The notes under the pieces are model-generated. The model had not been told where the DNA came from. It saw only the letters and a list, made by a program, of their open reading frames with translations, and ran no database searches. Shown here piece after piece: positions 48,883 to 57,066 of a stretch of DNA of 64,000 bases; the first letter of the stretch is position 1, and every line of letters starts with the position of its first letter. A program made the translations under genes and the position numbers. The stretch lies in contig CALLJS010000004.1 of the NCBI GenBank assembly GCA_938050045.1, forward strand, positions 7,434 to 71,433, read 5' to 3'. The stretch is from an uncultured Sphingomonadaceae bacterium. Its GTDB lineage: Bacteria > Pseudomonadota > Alphaproteobacteria > Sphingomonadales > Sphingomonadaceae.

Positions 48883-49808
48883 TTATGCCATCCCCTTATT
48901 TTTCCGTTATAATACCCGTCTATAATGCGCAAAACCATCTAAGAGAAACTGTGCAATCTGTAATCGATCAAAGCTTCACAGATTTTGAAATTATCATGAT
49001 TGATGATGGGTCAAGCGACGATAGCCTGGCTATCATGCTTGAACTTGCAAATCATGATGATCGATTGAAAGTCATATCGCAAAATAATCAAGGCGTTTCT
49101 GTAACCCGTAATATGGGGGCAGAGATTGCCAGAGGTAAGTTTTTGGCTTTCTTGGATGCTGATGATATTTGGTTGCCTGAAAAATTAGCAACGCATTACG
49201 CGCTGCATCATCGCAACACGTCTATCAGCGTAAGCTATGGGCAAATCGCATTTGTCGAAACCGATAATTTACTGAGCCTGCGCACATATTCCACCGTTAT
49301 GGAGCATCCGCTTACGATCAATGAAATCGTTGCTGAGAACCCAGTGTGCACCACATCAAATTTGGTGGTTTCGCGCATCTTATTTTTATCAACTGGTGGT
49401 TTTGATGAAACGATGACCCACGCCGAAGACCAAGAATGGCTGGCTAGAATAGTCCAGGATGGCCACATCATTTGCGGTATTGATAGATATTTGGTGGATT
49501 ATCGGCTTAGCGCCGATGGTTTATCGGTTAATTTACCCGCCATGTATGATGGTTGGAAGCTGATGGCACAACAATATAGCGCATCAGAAGATTTCAAATA
49601 TGCAGAAGCCATTTATTTGCGCTATTTATCGCGCCGCGCATTGCGCTCGGGTGCGCCTTCTAAAGTCGCGCTGCACTATGCGATAAAAGGTTTATCCTCC
49701 AATAGCCAAGGCTTTTTTAACGATAAAAAACGCGGCTGGCTGACATTGATTAGCGCAGGCGTTGGAATGATCCTGCCGCGCTCTACGCGCCTGCATATTT
49801 TTGCTTAA
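48879..49808 (+). CDS. GT2-family glycosyltransferase
   Basis: FSVIIPVYN...MIDDGSSDDS...FLDADD motifs. The start could be 48879 or 48885, and the AGGAG RBS favours 48885. Confidence 0.9.
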   Translation: MIMPSPYFSVIIPVYNAQNHLRETVQSVIDQSFTDFEIIMIDDGSSDDSLAIMLELANHDDRLKVISQNNQGVSVTRNMGAEIARGKFLAFLDADDIWLPEKLATHYALHHRNTSISVSYGQIAFVETDNLLSLRTYSTVMEHPLTINEIVAENPVCTTSNLVVSRILFLSTGGFDETMTHAEDQEWLARIVQDGHIICGIDRYLVDYRLSADGLSVNLPAMYDGWKLMAQQYSASEDFKYAEAIYLRYLSRRALRSGAPSKVALHYAIKGLSSNSQGFFNDKKRGWLTLISAGVGMILPRSTRLHIFA

Positions 49809-49841
49809 TGACTCTATCAAAATAATAGGAAAGATTTGAAA

Positions 49842-50834
49842 ATGAATGATGTTTTAATTTCGGTTGTAATGCCCGTCTATAATGTAGAAAAATATGTAGC
49901 AGAATCGATCCAATCGGTTTTGAATCAAAGCTATGAAAATTTTGAACTGATCATTGTGGATGATGGAGGTCAGGATAAAAGTATTGATATTTGTCACCAA
50001 TTTGACGACCCGCGAATTAGAATAATTTCGCAAAATAACAGAGGATTGGCTGGCGCGCGTAATAGTGGAATTAATGCCGCTAAAGGACGCTATATCGCAT
50101 TTTTAGATAGCGATGATTTGTGGCATAAAGATAAATTATCGCTGCATAAAATCCATTTGGATAGCAATGGACGCATCGGCGTAAGCTATAGTAGTTCGCG
50201 CTTCATTGACGAAAATAGCAAACCATTAAAACAAGCCCAAAAACCAAAATTATTAGATATTACGGCAGAGCATATTTTTAAGCGCAATCCGATTGGTAAT
50301 GGCTCAGCCCCCGTTATTCGGCGTGATGCACTAAATTTAATCGCCTTTAGGCATCCGAAAGAAAATGATAGAATATGTTATTTTGATGAGAGTTTTCGTC
50401 AATCCGAAGACATTGAACTATGGGTTCGCATTGCATTGACCAGCCCCTTTATTTTTGAAGGGATAGGCGGGCTGCTGACACGATACCGCATCATCAGCGG
50501 CGGATTATCGGCCAATATTGTTGCGCAATATCAAAGCTGGGATAGAATGCATGATAAGGTTAAAGAGCGTTTCCCCGAATTTATTAGCGATCATGGAGCA
50601 GAAGCGAGAGCGTATCAATTGCGCTATTTATCGCGCCGTGCCGTCCAATTAGGCGATGGCGCATTTGCGCTAATCTTGATAAAAGAAGCACTACAAATTA
50701 GCCGCACGCCGCTTTGCAAAGAGCCGATTAAAACGCTCTCAACCATGGCGGCGGCCTATATTTCGCGCTATCTGCCATCGTCATTCGTATCGTCTTTGAT
50801 GGCGGGTTGGACTGGCAGAAAGTCGATCATATGA
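49842..50834 (+). CDS. GT2-family glycosyltransferase (tandem paralogue)
   Basis: ISVVMPVYN...IVDDGGQDKS...FLDSDD. It shares the YLSRRA C-terminal region with the preceding gene. The ATG at 49842 has an AGGAAAG RBS. Confidence 0.9.
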   Translation: MNDVLISVVMPVYNVEKYVAESIQSVLNQSYENFELIIVDDGGQDKSIDICHQFDDPRIRIISQNNRGLAGARNSGINAAKGRYIAFLDSDDLWHKDKLSLHKIHLDSNGRIGVSYSSSRFIDENSKPLKQAQKPKLLDITAEHIFKRNPIGNGSAPVIRRDALNLIAFRHPKENDRICYFDESFRQSEDIELWVRIALTSPFIFEGIGGLLTRYRIISGGLSANIVAQYQSWDRMHDKVKERFPEFISDHGAEARAYQLRYLSRRAVQLGDGAFALILIKEALQISRTPLCKEPIKTLSTMAAAYISRYLPSSFVSSLMAGWTGRKSII

Positions 50835-51859
50835 CATATTTACCAAAAATTGTTCATTTGATTTCTGATTTATCGGTGGGCGGTGTGACCAATAATTTGA
50901 AATTATTTGATGAAGATATATTACAATCAAAATTTGCATCCACTATTGTGCCCATTACAACGCAATGGACGATAGCCCCGCAATATGATGCTGATATTAT
51001 CATCACCCATTTTTCACCAAGTTGGGCAAATTTGCCCTTTCTATTTTCGTTGCGCAAACGCAATATCGGGGCGAAGATTATTCATGTCGAGCATAGCTAT
51101 TCTCCTGAATGGGAAAAATATAGCGTCCCCGAGCCGCATCGTTTTCGGGCTATGCTTAAATTTAGCTATGCTCTTTTTGATAGGGTGGTTTGTGTGTCCA
51201 AAACACAATCAAAATGGATCGAGACTATCAAGGCGGCCCATCCATCTAAGCTACAGGTAATAAACCCATGGTCCAATATTGAACCATTACTCTCTATCGC
51301 TGCGCCTAAATTAGAGGATGATAGGCCGTTGGTCATTGGCAGCTTTGGCAGATTAGTAAAAGAAAAAGGATTTGAAGATTTAATCCACTCTTTTCTAAAA
51401 ATAGCTGACGGCGATGATATGACCCTCTTGATCGGTGGATATGGCCCCGCCGAGGCGCATCTGAAAAAAATAGCAGCGGATGACCCTCGGATAAAATTTT
51501 ATGGCATGGTGCATAATCCAGCCGAATTTATGATGCATTGCGATATTTTTGCTGTGCCGTCTTATTTTGAAACCTTTGGCTTAGTAGCCACCGAGGCTAA
51601 AGCCGCCGCCAGACCCGTGCTGGTCAGCCCTGTGGGGGCATTGGTCGAGCAAATCGGCAATTCAGGACTGGTGATCGACTTTACCAAACATAGTCAAGCC
51701 GGCCGCAGCTTAGCATCCTTAAAATCATGGCCATTACAAATGATGTCCGATGAAGGACGGCAGTCTTGCATCTCTATGACCGCGCGCAAAGCCGCGCAAT
51801 GGGAGCAATTTTTGAACGCGCAAATTATGGATGATTTTATCGCATCAAAGGCGGCATAA
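50831..51859 (+). CDS. GT4/GT1-family glycosyltransferase
   Basis: E-x7-E region (SYFETFGLVATEAKAAARPVLVS). The ATG at 50831 forms an ATGA overlap with the upstream stop. Confidence 0.85.
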   Translation: MTYLPKIVHLISDLSVGGVTNNLKLFDEDILQSKFASTIVPITTQWTIAPQYDADIIITHFSPSWANLPFLFSLRKRNIGAKIIHVEHSYSPEWEKYSVPEPHRFRAMLKFSYALFDRVVCVSKTQSKWIETIKAAHPSKLQVINPWSNIEPLLSIAAPKLEDDRPLVIGSFGRLVKEKGFEDLIHSFLKIADGDDMTLLIGGYGPAEAHLKKIAADDPRIKFYGMVHNPAEFMMHCDIFAVPSYFETFGLVATEAKAAARPVLVSPVGALVEQIGNSGLVIDFTKHSQAGRSLASLKSWPLQMMSDEGRQSCISMTARKAAQWEQFLNAQIMDDFIASKAA

Positions 51860-52156
51860 TTATGCACCTATTATATGCTCTATTGCATTGAGTTTTAATC
51901 ACGCGATAGGCGGTGCGCTCAGGATGGTAATGCCCGCACCGCACGGTCTCAAACAGGCAATATTATCTGCTGACAAGCTCCCTATGCTTATCGTCTTTTG
52001 CGGCTGTTTTCTGGCGGGGATTACAGCCCTTTTGGCGTTAGCACTCTATGCTCAAATTGACCCTATGGCGCGTCTGACAAGCTTATAATTGCATTGCCAT
52101 GCAGAGGCTTGCTTGGCCTATTGGCACTACGCTGCCAATCCTGCGCCGTGCATGGG

Positions 52157-52198
52157 CTAGCCTCTGTCTAAATTAAACTAGCCTCTGTCTAAATTAAA
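52157..52198. repeat. Perfect tandem duplication, 2 x 21 bp (CTAGCCTCTGTCTAAATTAAA)
   Basis: Read directly in the 480-bp convergent spacer. Confidence 0.95.
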
Positions 52199-52268
52199 TT
52201 TTTGCTGAAAGTCATATTCAAATTAGCGGGCGATTAACCCCCATAATCACTATCGCTTAATTCAAATG

Positions 52269-52300
52269 AGGCCCTATGCAAATAAGGCCCTATGCAAATA
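52269..52300. repeat. Perfect tandem duplication, 2 x 16 bp (AGGCCCTATGCAAATA)
   Basis: Read directly, 70 bp from the previous duplication. Confidence 0.95.
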
Positions 52301-52340
52301 GAGCTTGCGGATTAAGTCCAGCGATTATCATCTTGCTACT

Positions 52341-53621
52341 TTACGCATCACCCTTTTCATGGCTCTCGGGCATCAGCCCTTGACCGATGAGGATGAGGGC
52401 GGGCCAATAGAGATAGGCTAATATCTCTAAATTTTCACCAAAGCTGTATAATATGAGCAATGTCACCATCGATAAGGCGAGGCGCGATGCATGATATTTA
52501 TGCGCATTATAGAGCAAGAATAGAAATGAAACAGCCAGCGGTATGGCAAGAGCAAAAAAGCCGCTGAGCCCCTTTACAAATAATAATCCATACCAGCTAT
52601 GGTGGCTGCCTATGGGCATATATTCAACCAAATGTGGGCCGCGCTCTACGACGGCATGGCCAAACCAATAGGCTTCATTCTGCCACCGCTCAACCGCGAT
52701 ACGGCCCAGCGCTGCGCGCACGCGCGATGAATCAGCTCGCGCTCCTGAAAAGCTCTGAATCGCGCTATCAATCAAATTGATAATATCGACCGCAAACCAA
52801 CCCAAGAGCAATAATATCGGCATGGCCATAAACCATAGATAGGGTCTATTGATTTGTGATGCCGCAAAAGCAAAAGGCCAAATGATAATGAGCGCAACCA
52901 GTGCCAGGCGCGATTGTGATAAGAGCATGATTGCGAGCGATGCTATCAAACCGATGGCCTTCCATTTCGCGTCTTTTTCTTCGAGCGCGCATAAAAAATG
53001 TACCAAGGCTATCATCCCAGCAGCAGGCGACCATGGGGCAAAAAATTGCCACCGCGCTGTGCCGACACCAGGTTCGATTGTATATAAAGTTGCCGCAAAA
53101 TATTCGCTGCCAGAGCCGCCCAAAACTTTGAGGGGGGATACCCATAATGTTTGCGGCAGTCCGATATAAGGCGCGATCAAAAAGAGCGGTAAAATAAGCA
53201 GGCTATATTTGCCCAAACGGCATATGGCGCGGTGGATGACCTCGCTGCGTATCGGCAGCACAGCACCGGCCAGAATGAACATGGCTAATAAAGCCCATCC
53301 TTTTGCCCAACCGATAGAGGATTTAATCGTTGCGCCCGTGCCGAGGCGATAATCGACATGACCGATCCATAAAATGACCAAGAGCGCGAACATGCCCACA
53401 ATCCATAGCCATATGAATATGTTGGGGGCTTTGATACGTTTTTCTTCGGCTAAGCCTGGTGCTATAAAATAAGTCGATAGGACGATGGCGGTTAGCGCGA
53501 CCCCAAGAACGGGGCCGGCTATATATAATCCGCCGACCAACCATAAACCCCAAGTGCTTATTATGGCATAGACAATTATTTTTTCTTGAATATTTTGCGG
53601 ATGATCCGCTGACGTAACCAT
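52341..53621 (-). CDS. O-antigen ligase/polymerase (Wzy-like) family membrane protein
   Basis: About 10-12 TM segments and a Wzy_C-like LLSQSRLALVALIIIWP segment. Confidence 0.7.
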   Translation of the reverse strand: MVTSADHPQNIQEKIIVYAIISTWGLWLVGGLYIAGPVLGVALTAIVLSTYFIAPGLAEEKRIKAPNIFIWLWIVGMFALLVILWIGHVDYRLGTGATIKSSIGWAKGWALLAMFILAGAVLPIRSEVIHRAICRLGKYSLLILPLFLIAPYIGLPQTLWVSPLKVLGGSGSEYFAATLYTIEPGVGTARWQFFAPWSPAAGMIALVHFLCALEEKDAKWKAIGLIASLAIMLLSQSRLALVALIIIWPFAFAASQINRPYLWFMAMPILLLLGWFAVDIINLIDSAIQSFSGARADSSRVRAALGRIAVERWQNEAYWFGHAVVERGPHLVEYMPIGSHHSWYGLLFVKGLSGFFALAIPLAVSFLFLLYNAHKYHASRLALSMVTLLILYSFGENLEILAYLYWPALILIGQGLMPESHEKGDA

Positions 53622-55003
53622 AATAATGTCAATCCAATGATAAGAAAGAGTGTTGCTGCTATTGCGCCAGCGATTGCTAGCATTTTTGATGGGCTAGAAG
53701 GGCCGTTGGGTAGAGAAGGGGCTTCTAATAGCTGAACCAAGGGATAAGAAGCAAATGGATCTTGTTTATTGGTATCTAGGCGCGCCAAGGCCGATGAAAA
53801 CACCGCCTCGGCCACGCGGTGATCGCGAATAAGATCCGCGAGCTGCGATGCGCTGGTTACAAGCTCGCTGCGATTAGCCGATAATCTGCTAATGTCGCGG
53901 CGAATTTCGGATAGGCTAGCATTGATACCAGAGCGTTGTGATTCTGCCAAAGCCATGCCTTGCATCAAATTGGAACGACCAGCCGATACCGTAATATCAA
54001 CGCTATTTAGGATGGAATCATTGTCCAAGCCTGTAACGTCGCGTCCACGGCGCAGCAGGGCATCACGCAGGCTATCGCGTTCATCTTTGCTGACTATCAG
54101 AGCAGTATGATTATCGCCCAAAGTCGCCGATTTTTCCTCTGCGATGACAGAGGCTTTGGCATATTTATCGGCCAGCCCCTGAAATATTGGATCAGAGCGC
54201 AATTTGAGAGCTTTATTGGCATCGCCAATGCCCGTTCCTAAGATAGCGGCGAATTTTTGCGTTTCGGCCGCTTTGCTGCGTAATTTTGTGCGCTCATCGC
54301 GCTCTTTTTCCTGCAAAGCATCCAAATTGGCAATGCGGTTATTAAATTGATCTAATGAAACCAAGCCATTATTGGCTTGAAAAGCGAGCAATTTCTTTTG
54401 GGTAGATTGCACCTTTTTTTCCAATTCCACCAAATATTTGCTATCCACTATCTCGCGCTGCTTCGCTTCATCTTTGCGCAAAGATTGAAGCTGCAATAAA
54501 AATTGGTCTTTAAGAGCCGCTGCCCTTTTTTCGGCTTGCTCTGCGCTGCCGCCCGATATTTTCACAATAATCAAATTGGTTTGATCGATAAGTTCAATTT
54601 TTGGTGTGGGAAAATTATCCGCCTCTTCGCCTAAGCTGATGGCGGCACTGCGCAATGTGCGGTTGGTGCTGAGCAGCCTTTTGTAATTTTCCGTAGGACT
54701 CAAAGTCGCGCTAGCAAAAGCCGATGATGAGGAAGATTGGGCCTGCCCAATACTCTCAACATTGAGCGAACCGCCAGCACCACTTCCAGGTAATATCAAC
54801 GAAAATTCACTTTGATATTTAGCTGGTGTAAAGAGCAAATAGGCAGTGGTTAGCGACCAAATAGCAGCGAAAATCAATAATGAAGTGATAAGATAACGCC
54901 GCTCGCGCCAGTGCAAATTTCGCCATGATAATTTGCGCTGTTTGATAATATCTCTAATGAATATGACAGCATGGTCATAATCTAATTGTTCTATAATCGA
55001 CAT
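53576..55003 (-). CDS. Polysaccharide co-polymerase / chain-length determinant (Wzz/GumC-like), no kinase domain
   Basis: An N-terminal and a C-terminal TM segment flank a long coiled-coil periplasmic region. There are no Walker motifs. Confidence 0.75.
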   Translation of the reverse strand: MSIIEQLDYDHAVIFIRDIIKQRKLSWRNLHWRERRYLITSLLIFAAIWSLTTAYLLFTPAKYQSEFSLILPGSGAGGSLNVESIGQAQSSSSSAFASATLSPTENYKRLLSTNRTLRSAAISLGEEADNFPTPKIELIDQTNLIIVKISGGSAEQAEKRAAALKDQFLLQLQSLRKDEAKQREIVDSKYLVELEKKVQSTQKKLLAFQANNGLVSLDQFNNRIANLDALQEKERDERTKLRSKAAETQKFAAILGTGIGDANKALKLRSDPIFQGLADKYAKASVIAEEKSATLGDNHTALIVSKDERDSLRDALLRRGRDVTGLDNDSILNSVDITVSAGRSNLMQGMALAESQRSGINASLSEIRRDISRLSANRSELVTSASQLADLIRDHRVAEAVFSSALARLDTNKQDPFASYPLVQLLEAPSLPNGPSSPSKMLAIAGAIAATLFLIIGLTLLWLRQRIIRKIFKKK

Positions 55004-55005
55004 GA

Positions 55006-56187
55006 TTAATCCAAACTCTTGACTAAGATTAATGGAGAAATAGTCTCACCTACGACGCTCACCACATCGCGCAAATTCATCGCCAAACTGTCATAACATG
55101 CGATGCTGTCACCGGGCATAAGATAGGGATCACGGCTATCGCGGTCGGCATTACGAACTAATTTTTCGACAGCACGCGATATTACAATTGATTGACCCGT
55201 GATTGGATTGCGCGACATAAGCACAATCTGACGCGCTGCATTCATCGATGAACCACCCACGCAATTGGCTCCAACCATCGCTTGAGAGAGGCGCGTACCA
55301 TAAGGCAGCTTGCCGCTATCGGTGGTTATCCCCGATGAGGCGCTGCTAAGTGCTGGCCGCGATAGGTTCGACATATAAACGCGAACACCAGGTTGGGTGA
55401 TAATGGTTGGGCGAACCAAGGAAGCTTGTAAACATCCGATTGATGGGACAATGATCTTATCGCCCATTCGCACAGGTATGTCTTGCACAGCCTCTCCTGT
55501 AATGGCCCCGCTCATATTGACTTGTGTCCATTGATTACCGCGTAATAGATATATGGTTTTGATTTCGGCATCGGGTCGAACACCGCCTGCGGCGCGCAAA
55601 GTGGTGGACATATTCTGGCTAGCATTGGCATCGCCATATTGAATATTATTGAAATTCACATCACGAGTTTCGGCATTTTTATCCCCAATTCTAATTAAAC
55701 CTGGGTCAAATACTGCGCCATTAACCGCAACATTCACGCCGCTTAATTCTGCAATAGTAAGCCTAACCCCAGCATGGGCTCTGCGAATTAAACCTTGGTC
55801 ATATAATGTTTTAGCAACGATATTTTGTGCGCTAATTGTCGATTGTCCTGCAATTTTTATGCGATATTTGCCCAATAATGTTATTTCGCCATTATCGCCT
55901 ATTGTATATGTACCCGTTAATTGGTCTTTATCGCCCGCGACATTTAATTTAATGCTATCGCCGCTATTTAACGCATCCATACTCTCTATGAATTGTTCGG
56001 GCTTTACAAAAGTAAGGCCATCGATTGCCTGCGGGATGGGTGCGCTATGACAAGAGGTTTGATGTATATCGCCCGACATATATTGTGCGGCATAATAATT
56101 TTCAATATCATTATCTGGCGTGCGCATCGTGGCGCACCCCGATAATAGGGACAGCAATGTTAATGAGGTGATAAGTTTTTTCGTCAT
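55006..56187 (-). CDS. wza: Outer-membrane polysaccharide export lipoprotein (Wza-like)
   Basis: Lipobox LLSGC. Poly_export/SLBB-like repeats (GDSIKLNV, GDKIIVP, GDSIACY). Confidence 0.8.
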   Translation of the reverse strand: MTKKLITSLTLLSLLSGCATMRTPDNDIENYYAAQYMSGDIHQTSCHSAPIPQAIDGLTFVKPEQFIESMDALNSGDSIKLNVAGDKDQLTGTYTIGDNGEITLLGKYRIKIAGQSTISAQNIVAKTLYDQGLIRRAHAGVRLTIAELSGVNVAVNGAVFDPGLIRIGDKNAETRDVNFNNIQYGDANASQNMSTTLRAAGGVRPDAEIKTIYLLRGNQWTQVNMSGAITGEAVQDIPVRMGDKIIVPSIGCLQASLVRPTIITQPGVRVYMSNLSRPALSSASSGITTDSGKLPYGTRLSQAMVGANCVGGSSMNAARQIVLMSRNPITGQSIVISRAVEKLVRNADRDSRDPYLMPGDSIACYDSLAMNLRDVVSVVGETISPLILVKSLD

Positions 56188-56275
56188 TTATTATTCCTCT
56201 GGGTGAACCCTATACAAATAGTATAATGGTCTGAGATGCGGTAATTATGCTATTTGCATTTTCGGAATTTTAATT

Positions 56276-56291
56276 TGCAACGGTCGTGCCA
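56276..56291 (-). promoter_or_regulatory. Sigma-54 -24/-12 promoter for the wza-wzz-wzy operon
   Basis: The minus strand reads TGGCACGACCGTTGCA, an exact match to TGGCACG-N4-TTGCW, about 90 nt upstream of the wza ATG (56187). Confidence 0.7.
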
Positions 56292-56353
56292 ATTGCATTT
56301 TTGGTTCAAAATGGTCGAAAATAAGAGGCTTTATCAAATTTATTTTGAAATCT

Positions 56354-56410
56354 TTGCAATTTGCAAACCTTTTTCTTGCATATTGCAATCAAGATTATTG
56401 CATATTGCAA
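56354..56410. promoter_or_regulatory. Candidate enhancer (UAS): three TTGCA-W3-TGCAA palindromes phased 22 bp apart
   Basis: TTGCAATTTGCAA at 56354-56366, TTGCATATTGCAA at 56376-56388, TTGCATATTGCAA at 56398-56410. All three lie between two divergent -24/-12 motifs. Confidence 0.55.
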
Positions 56411-56463
56411 TGCGCTAAGCCCAGAAACTCTATGTTTGACACTATAGTATAGCATTTTGATAT

Positions 56464-56479
56464 TGGCATGAGCATTGCT
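56464..56479 (+). promoter_or_regulatory. Sigma-54 -24/-12 promoter for the hnoX / sigma-54 activator operon
   Basis: TGGCATGAGCATTGCT: GG and GC at consensus spacing, with a TTGCT -12 element. It lies 45 nt upstream of the ATG at 56524, which has an AAGGAAA RBS. Confidence 0.65.
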
Positions 56480-56523
56480 TTACCACCGCGAATAAGAATT
56501 AAATTTTTAAGTAAGGAAATGGT

Positions 56524-57066
56524 ATGAAGGGTATAATATTTACAGAACTTGTGCGCTTTATGGAGCAAGTTAAATCGGCAAAATTTGTTGATGAAGTGAT
56601 TATCGCTGCGCAATTACCCAATGACGGTGCCTTCACTTCTGTGGGTAATTATCCATCGGAATATGCCCTCTCTATGGTGACGCAAGCCTCTGCTGTATCT
56701 GGCATTGATGCCGCCGAATTATGCCGTCTTTTTGGCCATTATCTCTACAATAGATTTTTGGTGCTTTATCCCGATATTATCAGCGCTTATACGAATGCCG
56801 AAGATTTGCTTGCCCATGTTGGCAGCCACATTCATAGCGAAGTGCGCACCTTATACCCTGATGCGCGGCCGCCCCATATAGAGAGCAAGAATAGCGATGA
56901 AGGTTTTGAATTAAATTATCAATCGCACCGCCCTATGGCCGCCATCGCTTGTGGTTTGGTTCAAGGGTGTATGGAGCATTTTAAGGATGAACGCGAGCTG
57001 AAATGGAGTTTTTCAGAGGATGGAAAAAGTGCAAGCTTTACCATTAAGGATCGATTAAATGCCTAA
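56524..57066 (+). CDS. hnoX: H-NOX (haem nitric oxide/oxygen-binding) sensor protein
   Basis: MKGIIF N-terminus. Proximal His104 in HIHSEVRTLYPDARPP. Haem-propionate triad Y132-Q-S134-H-R136 (YxSxR). 180 aa stand-alone domain. Confidence 0.9.
   Translation: MKGIIFTELVRFMEQVKSAKFVDEVIIAAQLPNDGAFTSVGNYPSEYALSMVTQASAVSGIDAAELCRLFGHYLYNRFLVLYPDIISAYTNAEDLLAHVGSHIHSEVRTLYPDARPPHIESKNSDEGFELNYQSHRPMAAIACGLVQGCMEHFKDERELKWSFSEDGKSASFTIKDRLNA

Noticed and set aside
38631-56187. Polysaccharide locus as a mobile genomic island
   Set aside because: It looks AT-rich, but I see no integrase, transposase, flanking direct repeats or tRNA target in the window. Low GC is common for such loci without implying mobility.
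56331-56402. IHF-binding sites (WATCAA-N4-TTR) between enhancer and promoters
   Set aside because: TATCAAATTTATT and AATCAAGATTATT match only the WATCAA half. The TTR part is out of register.
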